Shown one piece after another: positions 47,777 through 57,880 of a stretch of DNA of 64,000 nucleotides. Where the stretch lies: the NCBI GenBank assembly GCA_037481815.1, contig JBBFKX010000002.1, forward strand, positions 288,001 to 352,000, read 5' to 3'. The position numbers and the translations under genes were made by a program. The notes under the pieces are model-generated. The model saw only the letters and a program-made list of their open reading frames with translations, had not been told where the DNA came from and did no database searches. How positions within the stretch are numbered: the stretch's first letter is position 1; every line of letters starts with the position of its first letter. This stretch comes from a candidate division WOR-3 bacterium (GTDB lineage Bacteria > Hydrothermota > 32-111).

Positions 47777-50700
47777 TTATTTTATGAATAAGATTTTACC
47801 AGTAAACTCTTTTTTATTTTCATCAGACAACTTTACAAACAAGATTTTGGATGAAATTTTTCTGTTTGAAAGATCGACTGTATAACTGTTGATACCATTC
47901 TTTCCAATAATTTCAGTAGAGTAAAGTTGTCTACCAGCCACATCATAAATTTTCAAATTTATTTTTTCGTTATCTTTCGATGTAAATACAACACTTATTT
48001 TATTATTTTTAAAACTATTTTCAATAGATAAAAGTTTAAATTCCCTGTGATCCTCTAAAGAAAAATCCTCTATGTTCAACTTCATTTCAAAAAAGTCCAT
48101 TATTCTTCTTAGCCATCCACTCTTTGAACTGATCGAATCGTTGTCAACAATATTTCCAAATTCAATTGAGGATGCAACAGTTCTATATTTATCATTCTTG
48201 TATGAAACAACATAACCACCAAGACCATTATAGAAAACCTTTTTTGAGCCATTTATACTATCGATCAGATCATTGTACGATGTAGGAGTATAATTTAAAA
48301 CTATTCCTTCACCGATTGTTCCATCCGTTCCATAATATACTGAAGGTGAAGTTGATGTCCCATCACTTTTTGGGTTTACATTACACAAAGAGTTAAAATT
48401 GAAAGCGTTATTATACAAAGGATCCCAGTAAAATGCTTCACCACCTTCTATATAAAGTTTGATCTCTCCACTATTCAAAAGGGAATCAATCATTAAAGCA
48501 ACAGGATCATAGGATGGTATCACATAATTGTTTGGATATGAACCAAGTGTTAAAAACACAAAATTATAATTTTTTACATTCTGATATTCTATACTGGTTA
48601 AAAGATCTCCAGCATATCCCCATGATTTCAAAATTGAATCTATATAAAAACCACTGTTTGATGATTTTGCATAGTTGAGTACAAGATAATCTTTTTTGTT
48701 TATATATATCGTTTTAAAGAAAGTGTCTGTAAGTCCAAGTGTATCAGTATAAATAATGGTCAATTCAACAGTATATAGTGTATCCGGAGGTAAATCTTTC
48801 ACATATCCTTTAAATCCTGTCACAGAAAAAGTATCGTTACCATTTAAGTATGGTATATCAAAAGATTCAGGAATGACGGATAATTTATTTGTGTCATTGG
48901 AAATAATTGAAACTTTCAATTTTCTATCATTCTCATTCGAGTAGTTTTTCAATTTTACTATCAGATCAACAGTATCGTTAGAAAATACAGATGTATTTTT
49001 TGATATCACAAAAAGAGTTTCAATCTTTGTTTCTGGTGCATATATAAAAAATCTCTTCTTAGTATTTAAAGTTGAATCACCTGAAAAGAATTTGAAACCT
49101 AAAGAATCGTAGGTTCTGTTTTTAACATTGCCTTTTACTCTAAACAATATTGAGTTCAAAGATAAACAACTATCAGATGGTAGAATTGTACTTTTAAATT
49201 TAAAGATATTTGAATAGAGTTTTACATTTCCCGTGAAAACAAATACAGAACAGGATAAAGATAATAGAGGTTGAAGGCCCTTATTTTCAATCAATAAAGA
49301 AATATATCCCAAATCTGCTGAAGTAAAATTCCCATCGGGTTGATTGAAATAAAAGAGTGTGTCTTTGACGATTAACTTTTTGATTGATGGATAAAAGGTT
49401 GAATTTGAGATAACAGAATAGGAACTGTCAGGTTTATAATTATTTTTAAACGCATAAAATTTTATTGTATCCCCGGTTTCACCATAAAGGTAAAAAGTAA
49501 CTTTACCTGTCTCATCTGTTGTACCAACATCAATCAAAGAATCGTTTAAAATATAAGAAACTTTGGCATTTTTTACAGGTAGCCCTGTTGTCTTATTATA
49601 AACAAAAAGATCAAAATCATAATTTGAAGATGGTATCGTTGAAAAAACATCTATAAATAAAGAATCATAGTTTATATAAAATGTAAGAGTAGGATCACCC
49701 AGAAGGTTGTACTGCTCAAAATACCTTTTCCCAGTTGAAGGAAAAGCGTTCAAAACATTGAGTTTTGCAAAATAGATCAAATCAGAAAGATTAGTATAAT
49801 TTGAATCTATGTAGTAATCAAAAAATCTTCTTTCCATAATATCATCTTCATCCCAGTATGAATAAACTGAAGAACCCAAAAAAGCAATACTTTTCCCACT
49901 TTTCACCCATGTCTCTCCAAAACAATCTGAAGAGTAAGCATAATTTCCAGTAAGACATGCATAACTTGAAACAAAAGGTAACATCTCACCATTAGTTAAA
50001 CCTGTTATATCTGACTGATAAAAAGTTGGGCCTGCCCATGATGTGACACTTCCATGTCCTGAGTAAACAGCAAGGGATCTACCACTATTTATCGCAGTTG
50101 AAACAGGAGTTCCCGTTTCATTGTAATAGAACAACGAATCGATAACCATCAAGGAATCTCTGAGTTTCTCCATAACATAAAGATGTGTTGACTCAGCAAT
50201 CTGATGGAATGAAGCATCATCAGATGCCATAAAATAACCTTTTTTTGTCCAGTTGTTTGTGTTACTGAAAAGAGAGTTTTGATAATTAATGTTTTTTTCA
50301 ATTATTATTTTCAAAGTGGTTGTATCTGTTACAGAAAATCTTCCGATCCCAATATCAGGTAAAAAATCTGTTCCTTCAAGTGTTGTATAATAGAGATCTG
50401 TTGGTGGAAAATCTTCTTCTGTTCCGATATAGTTAGGAATAATGTTTACATCACCAACAAGCAGAACATATTCAAGTGGAACAATTGAATTGTTATAAAC
50501 ATTTAAAATACCATTTTTGATCTGCTCTTTTGTGTATCCAACTGTGTCCAAGAGGAGTACTTCAGTATAAAATCCCTGTTTGTTTTTCAATTTCATGAAA
50601 TTTTGTAAGTATGGTTTCATCGTTGAATTCACAACAAAAAGGATTTTGCTTTTCAACGAACTTTTCTGAATCTCTGGTTGCTCTAAAATATCTTTCAATT

Positions 50701-51247
50701 CAAACTCAATATTTTCATAATAAAAAAGTTTATTATCTTTTCTATCAAAGACAAGTGGATTAACTTCAATCTGATAAACAAATTGATCTTTTCTTTTTCC
50801 CAATAATTTCAAATCTATAACCCTATCGGGAAATTTCTCATTTGAATTGTAAAATTTTTCATCAATAAAAAATTGATTAATATCTTTAGATTTTACCACA
50901 GGTTTTTGTAAGGGATATATACCTTTTTCAGGAATTCTTATGTTTAGAATTTTTTGTTCACCAATCTTCACTTTCTTTAAATTAAGGTTTCCATCTTTCG
51001 AGTAAATTAAAAATCTATACGATGGAAGTTCTGGATATCCATATCTTGATGTTTTAAAACCATTCTTTACATCGATTTTTAAAAAACCATCTTTTAAAAA
51101 GTATTCAAAACTTTCAAGTTTTATAATATACTTGCTGCTTAGCTTTTCGATTTTAAATCCATTCTCAGAGGAATCTTTCATTTTAAAGGTTTCCGCAAAA
51201 ATTATAATCGAAAACAGGAAAATAAAAGCAGTAAAAAATTTTTTCAT
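47777..51247 (-). CDS. Gingipain-like C25 peptidase with propeptide, Ig-like domains and T9SS-type CTD
   Basis: GYPELP propeptide; YVLLVGD; PDIGIGRF; YSGHGS; YACLTG; YNLLGDP; LKIYDVAGRQL. Confidence 0.9.
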   Translation of the reverse strand: MKKFFTAFIFLFSIIIFAETFKMKDSSENGFKIEKLSSKYIIKLESFEYFLKDGFLKIDVKNGFKTSRYGYPELPSYRFLIYSKDGNLNLKKVKIGEQKILNIRIPEKGIYPLQKPVVKSKDINQFFIDEKFYNSNEKFPDRVIDLKLLGKRKDQFVYQIEVNPLVFDRKDNKLFYYENIEFELKDILEQPEIQKSSLKSKILFVVNSTMKPYLQNFMKLKNKQGFYTEVLLLDTVGYTKEQIKNGILNVYNNSIVPLEYVLLVGDVNIIPNYIGTEEDFPPTDLYYTTLEGTDFLPDIGIGRFSVTDTTTLKIIIEKNINYQNSLFSNTNNWTKKGYFMASDDASFHQIAESTHLYVMEKLRDSLMVIDSLFYYNETGTPVSTAINSGRSLAVYSGHGSVTSWAGPTFYQSDITGLTNGEMLPFVSSYACLTGNYAYSSDCFGETWVKSGKSIAFLGSSVYSYWDEDDIMERRFFDYYIDSNYTNLSDLIYFAKLNVLNAFPSTGKRYFEQYNLLGDPTLTFYINYDSLFIDVFSTIPSSNYDFDLFVYNKTTGLPVKNAKVSYILNDSLIDVGTTDETGKVTFYLYGETGDTIKFYAFKNNYKPDSSYSVISNSTFYPSIKKLIVKDTLFYFNQPDGNFTSADLGYISLLIENKGLQPLLSLSCSVFVFTGNVKLYSNIFKFKSTILPSDSCLSLNSILFRVKGNVKNRTYDSLGFKFFSGDSTLNTKKRFFIYAPETKIETLFVISKNTSVFSNDTVDLIVKLKNYSNENDRKLKVSIISNDTNKLSVIPESFDIPYLNGNDTFSVTGFKGYVKDLPPDTLYTVELTIIYTDTLGLTDTFFKTIYINKKDYLVLNYAKSSNSGFYIDSILKSWGYAGDLLTSIEYQNVKNYNFVFLTLGSYPNNYVIPSYDPVALMIDSLLNSGEIKLYIEGGEAFYWDPLYNNAFNFNSLCNVNPKSDGTSTSPSVYYGTDGTIGEGIVLNYTPTSYNDLIDSINGSKKVFYNGLGGYVVSYKNDKYRTVASSIEFGNIVDNDSISSKSGWLRRIMDFFEMKLNIEDFSLEDHREFKLLSIENSFKNNKISVVFTSKDNEKINLKIYDVAGRQLYSTEIIGKNGINSYTVDLSNRKISSKILFVKLSDENKKEFTGKILFIK

Positions 51248-51347
51248 TGTTTTCTCCTTTTTATAAATATAGTTTATAAGTTTTTTTAGTCAATACTATT
51301 GACTGTTAAAATATGTTATATTATAACTTAATTTAAAAGGAGGTGGA

Positions 51348-51860
51348 ATGAAATATTTGTTTCTATTGATTATTTTTTCGTTAATTCTCGTTTCGTGTTC
51401 AATAGGTCCTGTATACGTTTACAATTACCAGCCAGTAGTAAAAATTCTTGCAGACACAACAGAGGTCACTTTTATCGTTCAGGATTTATCACCTGATGGT
51501 TGGTGGTCAGGTGATGGAGTTGATTCTCTGAATTTCAAAATACTACTATCTGAAATTAAAAAAGTTAAATCACATATTACGGATATTCAATTCAACATAG
51601 TAACCGAAACTTATGGCAACATTTTTGAAGATCGAATTTCATTTTTAACTCCGATTGAATTATCCGGTTCAAAATCTGATACTTTAACATTACCTTTATC
51701 AGTCAACGAACGAAGCGCTTATTATACCGATATCTCTGATGGAATAAACGATAATGTTGGAGAGGCAGCAATCATTATAAAAGCGATATATTATGACGAA
51801 TTTGGAAACAGTTATGAATCTCTTCCTTTCTATCTACCAATCAAAGTAATAAAACCATGA
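51348..51860 (+). CDS. Lipoprotein (paralog 1)
   Basis: Lipobox LVSC; DGINDNVG; SD AGGAGG. Confidence 0.8.
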   Translation: MKYLFLLIIFSLILVSCSIGPVYVYNYQPVVKILADTTEVTFIVQDLSPDGWWSGDGVDSLNFKILLSEIKKVKSHITDIQFNIVTETYGNIFEDRISFLTPIELSGSKSDTLTLPLSVNERSAYYTDISDGINDNVGEAAIIIKAIYYDEFGNSYESLPFYLPIKVIKP

Positions 51861-51868
51861 GGTGAATT

Positions 51869-52375
51869 ATGAAAAAAATATTTTATATTTTATTTTTCAC
51901 AATTTTTCTTTCTTCCTGTTATACATCACCTACTTCGATAAAATATTATCAACCAATTTTGGATATAAGTATGAAAGACACTTTAAATTTTTCTATTCCA
52001 CTCGGTAACGATTCCATATGGAACTATGAGGATGTTGATTCAATATATGAAAATATAATAATATTTGAAAATCAGGGGTTGAACGCTTATATTACAGAAA
52101 TCGACTGGGAAATCTATGATTACACAAACAGAGTCAGAGAGAATTATAATAAAATATACCTAAACCCTGTAAAGATAGAAAAAAATTCATCTGACACGAT
52201 TTCTCTCCTTTTCTTTCTTTATGGTTCTTCTGCTTTAAGAATTGATCAAGAAGATGGAGTAGAAGATAATGTAGCTTATGGAACAATCCAGTTGAAAATT
52301 AAATATTATGATGATAATGGTATAACTTATACTTCAAAGATATTCTATAAAAATGTTAAAGCTGTTGTTGAATAA
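51869..52375 (+). CDS. Lipoprotein (paralog 2)
   Basis: Lipobox LSSC; DGVEDNVA. Confidence 0.8.
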   Translation: MKKIFYILFFTIFLSSCYTSPTSIKYYQPILDISMKDTLNFSIPLGNDSIWNYEDVDSIYENIIIFENQGLNAYITEIDWEIYDYTNRVRENYNKIYLNPVKIEKNSSDTISLLFFLYGSSALRIDQEDGVEDNVAYGTIQLKIKYYDDNGITYTSKIFYKNVKAVVE

Positions 52376-52391
52376 TTAAAGAGAGGTATCT

Positions 52392-52925
52392 ATGAAAAAA
52401 TTATTTTTCATAATTATTTTTGTAATATTGTTTATCTCCTGTTCTATAGGACCTGTTCCAGTTTATTACTCTCAACCGATAGTTTCACTTCTCGATGATA
52501 CACTTGAAGTTATTTTTTCTGTTTCAGACAAAGATTTATCTGGATGGAACCATTACAATCAAAACAACATTGGTTCAGATACCGCTTTTCTTTCAATAGA
52601 TGCATATGAAACAACAGGAGAAAAAAGTTTTATAGAAAGGATTGAGTACAGATTTTTAGTTGATGGTCAGATAGTCGAAAGAGATGATGTTTTTTATCCC
52701 ATACCTTTAGAAATAGAGGATAAAGATACAATTCATTTACCCGACCTTTTGATAGTTGTAAATGAACCTCTTGCTTATGAAATCGATATTCAGGATGGTT
52801 ATGCTGACAATGTTGGAACAGGAATACTTGAAACTAAAGTATATTATACAGATATCAAAGGAGAATCTTTCTCATCTATTCCAATAAGAAAAAGATTTAA
52901 AGTTATAAAACCTTTAACATATTGA
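52392..52925 (+). CDS. Lipoprotein (paralog 3)
   Basis: Lipobox FISC; DGYADNVG. Confidence 0.8.
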   Translation: MKKLFFIIIFVILFISCSIGPVPVYYSQPIVSLLDDTLEVIFSVSDKDLSGWNHYNQNNIGSDTAFLSIDAYETTGEKSFIERIEYRFLVDGQIVERDDVFYPIPLEIEDKDTIHLPDLLIVVNEPLAYEIDIQDGYADNVGTGILETKVYYTDIKGESFSSIPIRKRFKVIKPLTY

Positions 52926-52950
52926 CTTTTAAAGATTTATTGAATATGAT
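52922..52950 (+). promoter_or_regulatory. Internal sigma70-type promoter for the fourth lipoprotein
   Basis: TTGACT-N17-TATGAT, then SD AAGGAGGT. Confidence 0.7.
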
Positions 52951-52972
52951 TTTATCAAAGGAGGTATCAAAA

Positions 52973-53455
52973 ATGAAGAAAACTATTTTCTTTCTTTCAG
53001 TTATATTACTAATAACTTCCTGCACTCTATATGTACCCACACCTGATTTCACGATCACATGGATAGATCCTCTTGGAAGTGTTATAACATCAACAACAAC
53101 TGAAGTTCTTATTAACACAATAGATGTTGAAAACAACACTTCTTATGAAGCGATACTCGATAGAATCTCCTATGATTACATCTACAACGGTGATGTAATT
53201 TACGATGGACAGGACATCTGGAATATATACGCTTTACTTCCGCCAACAGTAATAGACACAGCAACTGGAGATCCTATAAAAGGAAAAGCAAGCATTGAAA
53301 ATATTCCGATCCCAGTTCCAGCATCAATTTATACCTATATGGATTCAAGAGATATTGAGGGAGTAACTCTGAGGATATATATAAGTGGAACCGATAATAT
53401 AAATAAAACAAAAAGAACAACAAAGTATGTAGATTACGGTATAGCAAAATATTAA
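52973..53455 (+). CDS. Lipoprotein (divergent member 4)
   Basis: Start moved to MKKTIFF after the SD; lipobox ITSC. Confidence 0.8.
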   Translation: MKKTIFFLSVILLITSCTLYVPTPDFTITWIDPLGSVITSTTTEVLINTIDVENNTSYEAILDRISYDYIYNGDVIYDGQDIWNIYALLPPTVIDTATGDPIKGKASIENIPIPVPASIYTYMDSRDIEGVTLRIYISGTDNINKTKRTTKYVDYGIAKY

Positions 53456-53461
53456 ATTTAA

Positions 53462-53486
53462 AAGAGGGAGTTAAAAACTCCCTCTT
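53462..53486. terminator. Hairpin terminator between convergent genes
   Basis: AAGAGGGAGTT-AAA-AACTCCCTCTT with A/T-rich flanks. Confidence 0.75.
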
Positions 53487-55249
53487 AATTTTTCCTTAAC
53501 TCTTTTGACATTCTCTTTCAGTTTCAAATAATTGGAATCAACCATAAGACCATTTTCAAAACTTTCTTGAGCATTTTCATACGAACCAATAAGGTTATCA
53601 AGATGAACAGGTACAAAACCAAGAAAACCTGCTGAAAGGTAAAACAAAAGAAACTTTTCGGCAAAATATCCTTCTTCAAAATATGATGCCCCAAGATTAT
53701 TGTAAGCAAGAGATGAATTTGGAGAAATTTCCACTATCCTTCGCATCATCTCTCGTGATTTTAAACTCATTCCAAGATTTTTATAAGTCAAACCAAGATT
53801 GTAAAGAACCCTTACATTTTCAGGTTCGATATTTTTAGCTTTTTCAAGAAAATATAATGACTTTAAATAATCTCTTTTTGAAGCATACAAAGTCCCCAGA
53901 TTTATAAGAGAGTTCGTGTATAAAGAATCGAGTTCATAAGATTTTAAAAGATTTTTTTCAGCACCAGTGAAATCGCCTTCTTTCATAAAATAAAGTCCAA
54001 GGTTATTTGTTCCAACTACGGACTTTGGATTATTTTTAACAACATATGACCATAATGAGATCTCACTTCTAAAATTTGGAATATAAAGTAAAGTAAAGAT
54101 TAAAAAACAAAATGAATAAAGAACGAAAAAATACTTTCCAATATTTTTCAACTTTATATATATAAAATAAGAAAAAAGAACAAAAGAGAATGATGGTAAA
54201 AAAAGGTATCTATCTGCAAAAAGATTTAAAACCGGTATAAAATTTGATATAGGGATATAATTTATAACAAAAAATAAAAAAGAAAAAAGTATAAATTTTT
54301 CGTTTCTATATCTGCAAACAGAATAAATCAAAACTGAAAAAAGCAAAAGATTGAAGATAAAAAGTTTAATGTTGTTTTCAGAGATTGGAATATAATAGTC
54401 AACAACAAGTGGATATGGGATAAAAAGATTTTTGATATATCTCATGAAAATATATGGCTGGATTTTTAAAATATCTAAGTATGTAGCATCCCTTAGCATT
54501 CTATTTTCTTTAAAAAACTGATCCATATTTTTAAAATCTGGCATATAAAAACCAAAAATAAAACCAAAAAATAATATAAATATAAACGCCAATAAAATAG
54601 TTGAAAAAAATATCAGATAAAATTTTTTATCAACATTTTTTTCAAATATCCTGTCATATACAAAAAAAATGAAAGGCAAAACTACAGCGACTTCCTTTGA
54701 AAGAAGTGCTAAGAAAAAGAAAACAACAGAAAATATTCTTTTGTTTTCAACATGAAAATAGAAGGATAACATCGAAAATATGTAAAGAAAAAGTTCTTTT
54801 CTGTGGGTTATGATAAGAATGTTTTCAACATGAACTGGATGGAATGAAAATAAAAATACCGATAACAATGAAAAAACTCTGTTTTCCGTAATTTTATAAG
54901 TCAAGAATGATGTAAGAAAAATCGTTATAACATACAGGAAAAGATTTTCCAATCTATAAAAGATAACTTTCTCTTTAAAAAAGAATCTATCAAGAATTAT
55001 AGACAATTTTCTTATAGGTCTTTCTGACAATTTTATCGAAAAAATATCTTTTAAATCATCGACAGTATCATCTTCAAATATTGTTGGATAATCGTCAAAC
55101 TGAAAAGGATAATTTAAAGAAAACAGATAAGGAACAATTGAAATCAAAGAAATAATAAAAAGAAAAAAAATAAATTTTTTATTTGAAATTTCTGAAAAAC
55201 TCTTCTGTTTCTTTAGAGCACTCTTTCCAGCTTTTGAACCTTTGTTCAT
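53471..55249 (-). CDS. TMTC-like GT-C membrane glycosyltransferase with C-terminal TPRs
   Basis: FQFDD..I, RP, FHPVHVE...RKEL, LLSKE, ADRYLFLPS, SEISLW...P followed by TPRs; about 11 TM segments. Confidence 0.8.
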   Translation of the reverse strand: MNKGSKAGKSALKKQKSFSEISNKKFIFFLFIISLISIVPYLFSLNYPFQFDDYPTIFEDDTVDDLKDIFSIKLSERPIRKLSIILDRFFFKEKVIFYRLENLFLYVITIFLTSFLTYKITENRVFSLLSVFLFSFHPVHVENILIITHRKELFLYIFSMLSFYFHVENKRIFSVVFFFLALLSKEVAVVLPFIFFVYDRIFEKNVDKKFYLIFFSTILLAFIFILFFGFIFGFYMPDFKNMDQFFKENRMLRDATYLDILKIQPYIFMRYIKNLFIPYPLVVDYYIPISENNIKLFIFNLLLFSVLIYSVCRYRNEKFILFSFLFFVINYIPISNFIPVLNLFADRYLFLPSFSFVLFSYFIYIKLKNIGKYFFVLYSFCFLIFTLLYIPNFRSEISLWSYVVKNNPKSVVGTNNLGLYFMKEGDFTGAEKNLLKSYELDSLYTNSLINLGTLYASKRDYLKSLYFLEKAKNIEPENVRVLYNLGLTYKNLGMSLKSREMMRRIVEISPNSSLAYNNLGASYFEEGYFAEKFLLFYLSAGFLGFVPVHLDNLIGSYENAQESFENGLMVDSNYLKLKENVKRVKEKLRGSF

Positions 55250-56198
55250 ATTTTTTGTCTCCTTTGACTTTTTCTATTATTCTATCAAGATTTTCTTTAT
55301 ATGATAGGTCCATAATATAGTATATAGGTAAATCTTTATAAACCTCTCGATGAACTGGAATATCCATACATACAACTCTTTTTCCAAGAAACAATCCTTC
55401 AGCGACAGGTAAAGAAAAACCTTCCTCTCTTGAAAGATAGATTATAACAAAAGTATCATTTATGATTTTTTCAAATTCGTTGAATGGAAGATATCCTTTA
55501 AACTCGAATTCTTTAACCGCTTCTTTCAGAGTTTCATCATCAACTCTTCCAGTAATTAGAATTTTTTTATCTCTAAAGAATTCTTTTAAATCTTTTGCAA
55601 GTTTCAAAGCAAGTGTGATGTTTTTTCTTTCTTTTAAAGTGGAAGGTATCAAAATATATTCTTCTTTTTGATTTTCATATTTTTTGTATGTATCAAAACC
55701 GTTATAAATCACACTACTCTTTTTTGATTCTAAATTTCTAAATCTCTTTTTATAAATATCCATACAGTTTTTTGTTATAAAAATTACACCATCTGATCGT
55801 TTCGAAATAAGATTGTATTCGATTTTCCAATAATATCTTGTAAAAATATCCTCTTTTGAACTTCTCTTTTCAGGTATAAAATCATGTATGGTCGATACTG
55901 TTTTAAAAAATTTGATCATAGTTGAGTTCTGTTTTGGCAGATAAAAAAGGTCAATTTTATAAAAAAGACATATAAAAGGAAAAACAAACTGTTCATAAAA
56001 AAATTTTGTAACTCTGTTAAAAAATGGGATCCTTAAATATTCAAAATCATCTCTTCCAACAATCTCTTTGGCTTTTTTTTGATCTATCAAAACAAAATAT
56101 TTGTTCTCATGATCAGAAAAATTTTTCAAAATCATCGTTATATGTGTTGACACACCTCCACCTTTTGTAATCGAAGTTCCATCAATAAGTATTCTCAT
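55179..56198 (-). CDS. Glycosyltransferase family 4
   Basis: GGVSTH, STIHDFIP, RKN, EEGFSLPVAEG, DIPVHREV. Confidence 0.88.
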   Translation of the reverse strand: MRILIDGTSITKGGGVSTHITMILKNFSDHENKYFVLIDQKKAKEIVGRDDFEYLRIPFFNRVTKFFYEQFVFPFICLFYKIDLFYLPKQNSTMIKFFKTVSTIHDFIPEKRSSKEDIFTRYYWKIEYNLISKRSDGVIFITKNCMDIYKKRFRNLESKKSSVIYNGFDTYKKYENQKEEYILIPSTLKERKNITLALKLAKDLKEFFRDKKILITGRVDDETLKEAVKEFEFKGYLPFNEFEKIINDTFVIIYLSREEGFSLPVAEGLFLGKRVVCMDIPVHREVYKDLPIYYIMDLSYKENLDRIIEKVKGDKKYEQRFKSWKECSKETEEFFRNFK

Positions 56199-56988
56199 TT
56201 TTCTCCTTCATTTTTTTTATATTTTTGAAAAATTCATACCTTGCTCTAACAGGTGAAAAATTTTTTTGCATAAAGACCTGTAAAATCATTATAAATGGTT
56301 CAACAAAAATGAGAAACAATAAAAATAAAAAAATATTTTTAGAATCAAAATTTTTAAAAACAAAAAGCAATCGATTTCTTTGCAAAAAAAATCTTTTATC
56401 TTTTAAACCTGAAGATGAATGTTTATGGTAAACAACGAGATTTTCATCAAAACAGATTTTTTTAATCTTTTTTAACCTGACCGATAAATCAACATCTTCA
56501 TAATACATAAAATAATTTTCATCAAAACCTTTTAATCTTTCAAAGATCTCTCTTTTTATAATAAAAAACGAACCGGTAAGGTGGAGTTTTCTTTTATCAT
56601 ATTTTAGATCTCTGTTTAAAATGTTATAAAAAAGTATAATTTTTGAACCAAGAGATTCAACATCTTTTGTATAAAAATTTTTTACTAGTGGAACAACAAC
56701 ATCATCTTGGATATTCTTTACCCTTTTAAAAAAATCTTCATCAAAATTTATGTCATCGTTTGTAATTATAAGGTATTCATTTTTAGAAAACTTTGAAGCA
56801 TAGTTGATCGCCTGACCATAGCCAGCACCAAAGAGTTTTAAAACTTTTATTCTTTCATCTTTCAGATTGAAATCTTTATCTTGAGTTAAAACAAGTATAA
56901 CATCTCCAATATTTTCCTTTAAATAGGATTTTATCTGTTCTTCATAAGTATCAAAATAAACTGGAACGACTAGAGAAAACTTATTCAT
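56182..56988 (-). CDS. Glycosyltransferase family 2
   Basis: GYGQAIN, ITNDD, GFDENYFMYYEDVDLS. Confidence 0.88.
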   Translation of the reverse strand: MNKFSLVVPVYFDTYEEQIKSYLKENIGDVILVLTQDKDFNLKDERIKVLKLFGAGYGQAINYASKFSKNEYLIITNDDINFDEDFFKRVKNIQDDVVVPLVKNFYTKDVESLGSKIILFYNILNRDLKYDKRKLHLTGSFFIIKREIFERLKGFDENYFMYYEDVDLSVRLKKIKKICFDENLVVYHKHSSSGLKDKRFFLQRNRLLFVFKNFDSKNIFLFLLFLIFVEPFIMILQVFMQKNFSPVRARYEFFKNIKKMKEKNENTY

Positions 56989-57880
56989 ATCTTTTGATAC
57001 CTTTCAAACTCAAAAAACCAAAAATTAAACCTTTCACATAAAAAGAAAATTTTTTTGTTTTATTTATATGAAAAAGGATTGAAATTAAAGTTCCTGAAAC
57101 AAATGATAGCCAGTTTTTCAAAGATAAAATTTTATAGTTTTTAAAATATAAAAAAACTCTGTTTCTACCTTCCCAGAACACTTTTTTCGGAGAATATTCA
57201 TCCATCCTGTTTTCCAGTTTCGTTGTTCCCGAAATAAAATGATATCCAACAGTATCAGGTGTAAAAAGTATTTTATATCCATATTTTTTTAACCTCAAAG
57301 AGAAATCAACATCTTCAAAGTACATGAAAAATCTTTCATCAAGCATTCCCGCTCTAACAAAATAATCTTTTGCAAAATAACATATTGACATTGAAAACCC
57401 TTCAACATCTTTTTTGATAATTTTGGTTTCACTTATTTTTTTACCATGAAGTATTTTGTAAGGTCTTATGAAATTTCCAACATCGTCTCCTGCAGAATCA
57501 ACAAATTCCCCATTATAATCTAAAACCAGGGGAGCAAAAAAATGATAATCTCTATTTTGATTCATGTTTTCTATACAATTTTTTATAAAATTTTTTTCAA
57601 GATAAACATCGTTATTCAAAAGTATAAGATTTTCAAACTTTGATTGTTTCACTCCAAGGTTTACAGCGAAACTAAAACCTCTGTTCTCCAACAATCTAAA
57701 GAGTGTTACATTCTTTAAATTTTTTAAAAGATACAAATAACTTTTATCAGAACTGTGATTATCAACAATTACAACTTCAGAATAGGGATAGGTCTGTTGA
57801 TTCAAAGAAACAACAAGTTTTTCAACAAACTTATCTCCATTGTAGTTTATGATAATAATAGAAACATTATTGTTTAACAA
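56981..57880 (-). CDS. Glycosyltransferase family 2 (WbbL-like)
   Basis: IIINYN, VDNHSSD, NRGFSFAVN, LLNND, LDERFFMYFEDVDFS. Confidence 0.9.
   Translation of the reverse strand: MLNNNVSIIIINYNGDKFVEKLVVSLNQQTYPYSEVVIVDNHSSDKSYLYLLKNLKNVTLFRLLENRGFSFAVNLGVKQSKFENLILLNNDVYLEKNFIKNCIENMNQNRDYHFFAPLVLDYNGEFVDSAGDDVGNFIRPYKILHGKKISETKIIKKDVEGFSMSICYFAKDYFVRAGMLDERFFMYFEDVDFSLRLKKYGYKILFTPDTVGYHFISGTTKLENRMDEYSPKKVFWEGRNRVFLYFKNYKILSLKNWLSFVSGTLISILFHINKTKKFSFYVKGLIFGFLSLKGIKRYE

Noticed and set aside
47703..47885. 60-aa ORF MGGFEPPT...
   Set aside because: Reverse complement of tRNA-Thr
52922..52972. N-terminal extensions in the ORF track (also rho, pyrC, thiC, tolC, cupin)
   Set aside because: SD and promoter positions support the downstream ATGs
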